Assembly: GCA_002245135.1 (NCBI GenBank) | Contig: NGBS01000037.1 | Span: 58,118-78,117, forward strand | From: Proteromonas lacertae | Lineage: Eukaryota | Direction: 5' to 3' | Length of the DNA: 20,000 bases | Part shown: positions 18,420 through 20,000 of the stretch, piece by piece | Position numbering within the stretch: position 1 is the first letter of the stretch | Layout: each line of letters opens with the position of its first letter | Position numbers and translations under genes: made by a program | Notes under the pieces: model-generated | Seen by the model: the letters and a program-made list of their open reading frames with translations, nothing else | Database searches by the model: none | What the model was told of the DNA's origin: nothing

Positions 18420-20000
18420 CTATTCAATAATCTTCTTCTTTCTGAGTTCTTGTTTTGGTGCTTCAGATGATAATGTCTTTGTTTCAAATCTATTCACAGG
18501 ATTAAAAGACTTTCTAGCTAAAGGAGGTAATATTCCATTCTTTGTTAATTGATTTAGAGGTTTTGTCAATACTTCAGGTAATTCAACTTTAGTAGGTTGT
18601 CTAGGAGATATACTCTCTTTATTCACATTTCCATCTGATGATGAATTAGAATTACTTGCAAAATTCTCTCCAAATTTATGATTCATTGATGATGAATTAC
18701 TTGATATTCTCTTGTAGTTATATTCATCACTATCTTTACTGTTTATTCGAAGACTAATTCGATCATTATTTAACATCATTCCATCTGGTTTTGATGAGTG
18801 TAAACTATTTTTATTATCATCAGCATCATCCATTGTTACAGGCAAATGAGGTGGTTTTAAAGGAGGTAATTGACTTGGTCTTGATCCTACTGGCTTTAAT
18901 TTTCTTCTAGTCATTCTTCTCTTTGGAGCATGGAATACTTTTTGATCGATTGGTTTTGGTATCCATTGGAATTCTTTCTGCATTTTTACCATTTGCAGCT
19001 ATCTGAGCCATATTATTTAAAAGATTTGCATCAGATGGAATTATTGTTTTCATTCGTTTTTCTTCTTCTTTTTCTCGATATTTCTTATATAAATACATGA
19101 TCAATAATGATATTAAAACCAATAGCCACCAGAAACAACATACACCAGCTGATAAACCAATTATTAAAGCTCCATATTCATCCATAAATGTCTTTTGTTT
19201 CAATTGAATACAGACTTTCTCTATCTCTTCCCATTTACCATTTTCATTACATTTTCTTGGACCCACTCCTTCATTATATATATAAGTTGGTTTACACATA
19301 CCTTCTGTTGAGTTATTTGTTAATGTGGCATTCCATATTGTTGATTCATCTTCATAACCAAGACATCCTAATAACAATGCTGATGTGGAGATTATTTCAT
19401 TTGTTTGTGTCTTTTCTAATATTATTGTGATATTATTGATGGATGTTCCATCTACACAAAGTGGTTCATTAAATTTATGAGAGTTTATTACTCCTTCTTT
19501 GCAATCATAAAGAAATTCCTCAAAGAAATGCCTTTTGATCACTTTCTGCATATTTATAAGATATTGTTACAGGTATTACACTTGATTGATTATCACAACT
19601 TCCAACATGAATTGTTAATAATGTTCCTTCTACACAGAATCTATTATCTTCAGGTGGTTTACTCACATATACTTGATCTAAGGAGAATGTTGTATCTTGA
19701 TAATCTGGATAAGTACAATAACCACTTATATTCTCATATTTACCTTCATCTTTATTACATATTGCTTTGGGTCTACAAGATATATTCACATATTCATATT
19801 CTGATAAACAATCTCCTAATACTATATCATCTCCACCTGGAGATAAACCAAATTGAAATCTATCAACTGAATATGATAAACAACCTAATGTTAATGGCGT
19901 TTCTGATAGTTTATTATCATTATAATCTATTTCAAAACTCATTGTATTTATATTTTCTTCTAAACATATTTCAGGTGATATTCTATATTCAGATACTAAT
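18420..20000 (-). CDS. 3' part of a Cys-rich type I membrane (surface/receptor-like) protein, broken by two +1 frame changes; 5' end outside the window
   Basis: The frame is open from the right edge (LVSEYRISPEICLEENINTMSF...). Repeated LGCL.Y...C...C...G.(W/Y)E.I...C modules, a TM (GALIIGLSAGVCCFWWLLVLISLLIMYLY), a basic stop-transfer segment and a low-complexity P/S tail are spread over three overlapping ORFs. Confidence 0.65.

Noticed and set aside
19188..19430. 80-aa plus-strand ORF
   Set aside because: It is antisense to the Cys-rich membrane protein gene.
1..20000. Prokaryotic or giant-virus origin of the contig
   Set aside because: Multiple frame-restoring GT-AG introns and Golgi-type signal anchors indicate a nuclear eukaryotic locus, and no viral hallmark genes are present.

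Overview
This is very AT-rich (roughly 20% GC by eye), gene-dense eukaryotic DNA with tiny spliceosomal introns of 26-39 nt. That intron size and a TGTTTGTT motif 5 nt after one stop codon point to a Blastocystis-like stramenopile (inference). The window is almost entirely a cluster of type II membrane glycan- or glycolipid-modifying genes: a fucosyltransferase, three GT31 galactosyltransferases, a GT2-like gene, a GT-A-like gene, a LicD-like gene, DUF3431, two DUF3405-like copies, DUF229 and an AUR1/IPC-synthase-like PAP2. A partial Cys-rich type I membrane protein gene ends the window. Several features are not explained by the ORF track. (1) A hidden five-exon PAP2 paralogue at 11665-12523 lacks the catalytic residues, and its frame is restored by a 32-nt AT-AC intron. 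(2) Two intergenic motifs recur through the cluster: an HSE-like nGAAnnTTCnnGAAn near most gene starts, and a 17-bp ATTTATWATACTCGTTA element that brackets several genes in inverted pairs. (3) There are signs of rearrangement: a 1.65-kb inverted duplication, a 1-kb direct duplication with patchwork divergence, and a 93-bp fold-back of a gene end. (4) Three reading-frame breaks are all +1 shifts.
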